A stretch of 62,751 bases of DNA, filler included, from Collodictyon triciliatum (taxonomy: Eukaryota): NCBI GenBank assembly GCA_043381765.1. It is 46 parts of 46 records of this genome, joined end to end, with 100 filler letters (N's around TTAATTAATTAA, not from the genome) between each part and the next. Parts side by side here need not be neighbours in the genome. Positions count along the whole stretch, not along the records: positions 61,493 to 62,751 come from JBHJMP010011645.1; 45 more parts are not named here. One strand, written 5' to 3'. The notes beneath the pieces are model-generated. The model searched no databases and was not told the DNA's origin. It was given only the letters and a program-made list of their open reading frames with translations. Both the position numbers and the translations under genes were made by a program. This document shows positions 62,342 through 62,751 of this stretch, one piece after another (the stretch's first letter is position 1; each line of letters starts with the position of its first letter).

Positions 62342-62751
62342 AGAATACACCCACCAAGCAGGCAAGCAGCAACGGGGTCAAGGAAGCCAAGGCCAGGCAA
62401 CAACAGAGTCCACAAGACTCACAGCAGATACGTGCATACAGCGACAGCGACGATGACATGGAAGGAAAGGAAATCTCGGTTCCTCTTCGGAATCCTCGCG
62501 CTCGAGCCACCCACCGCCACCAAACGCCGGACAAGCCTGCACATCGCAAGACCCAAGAGCAGCGCATCTCCAAACCCCGAAAGAAACACCCCCTTAAACT
62601 ACCCATTCAGACTGACGTGAATATGGTTAACATAGGAGGCAACAAGGCAGTCTTCGTTACTTATCCGAAAGGATACTCCAAATCGAAGGCAACACAAGAA
62701 CCAGCGCCCACCAAAGATAGTCCGTTTGCCCTGCCCCAGCCCGTCGCACCG
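62342..62751 (+). mobile_element. Second, truncated copy of the ORF1-like element at 39701-40832
   Basis: Colinear with the reverse complement of ~39798-40198 with small indels; abrupt start after AT-rich sequence. Confidence 0.75.

Overview
This is not a contiguous locus. It is about 46 unrelated short contigs (~1.26-1.28 kb each, ordered by decreasing length) joined by an artificial 100-nt linker (N44-TTAATTAATTAA-N44), so adjacency across linkers has no biological meaning. The DNA comes from an AT-rich, intron- and microsatellite-rich eukaryote using the standard genetic code; gene content fits an amoebozoan-like protist (inference). Most contigs break in simple-sequence repeats and hold fragments of spliced genes, which I reassembled by hand: Amt, SLC35D, gamma-SNAP, aminopeptidase P, PIKfyve, DYRK, ABCB, HDAC-family, DUF2891, DUF4062, filamin-repeat, EFL1, NTMT1, FtsX-like, PP2C, two TKL kinases, plus NHL, FG-GAP, LRR and WD40/Cys-rich proteins. 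The mobile and viral fraction is the most interesting part. It includes a decayed Fanzor1 (eukaryotic TnpB) nuclease; L1/Tx1-like retrotransposon remnants ending in a PIP-box-like motif; 25-28-nt retroposed inserts that are only the last 17 nt of that LINE plus a tail, flanked by 17-bp target-site duplications; a second hairpin-type mini-insert; a Helentron/DINE-1-like element; and a DNA-virus-type gene bracketed by perfect hairpins. All family assignments are from motif recognition by eye; no database search was run.
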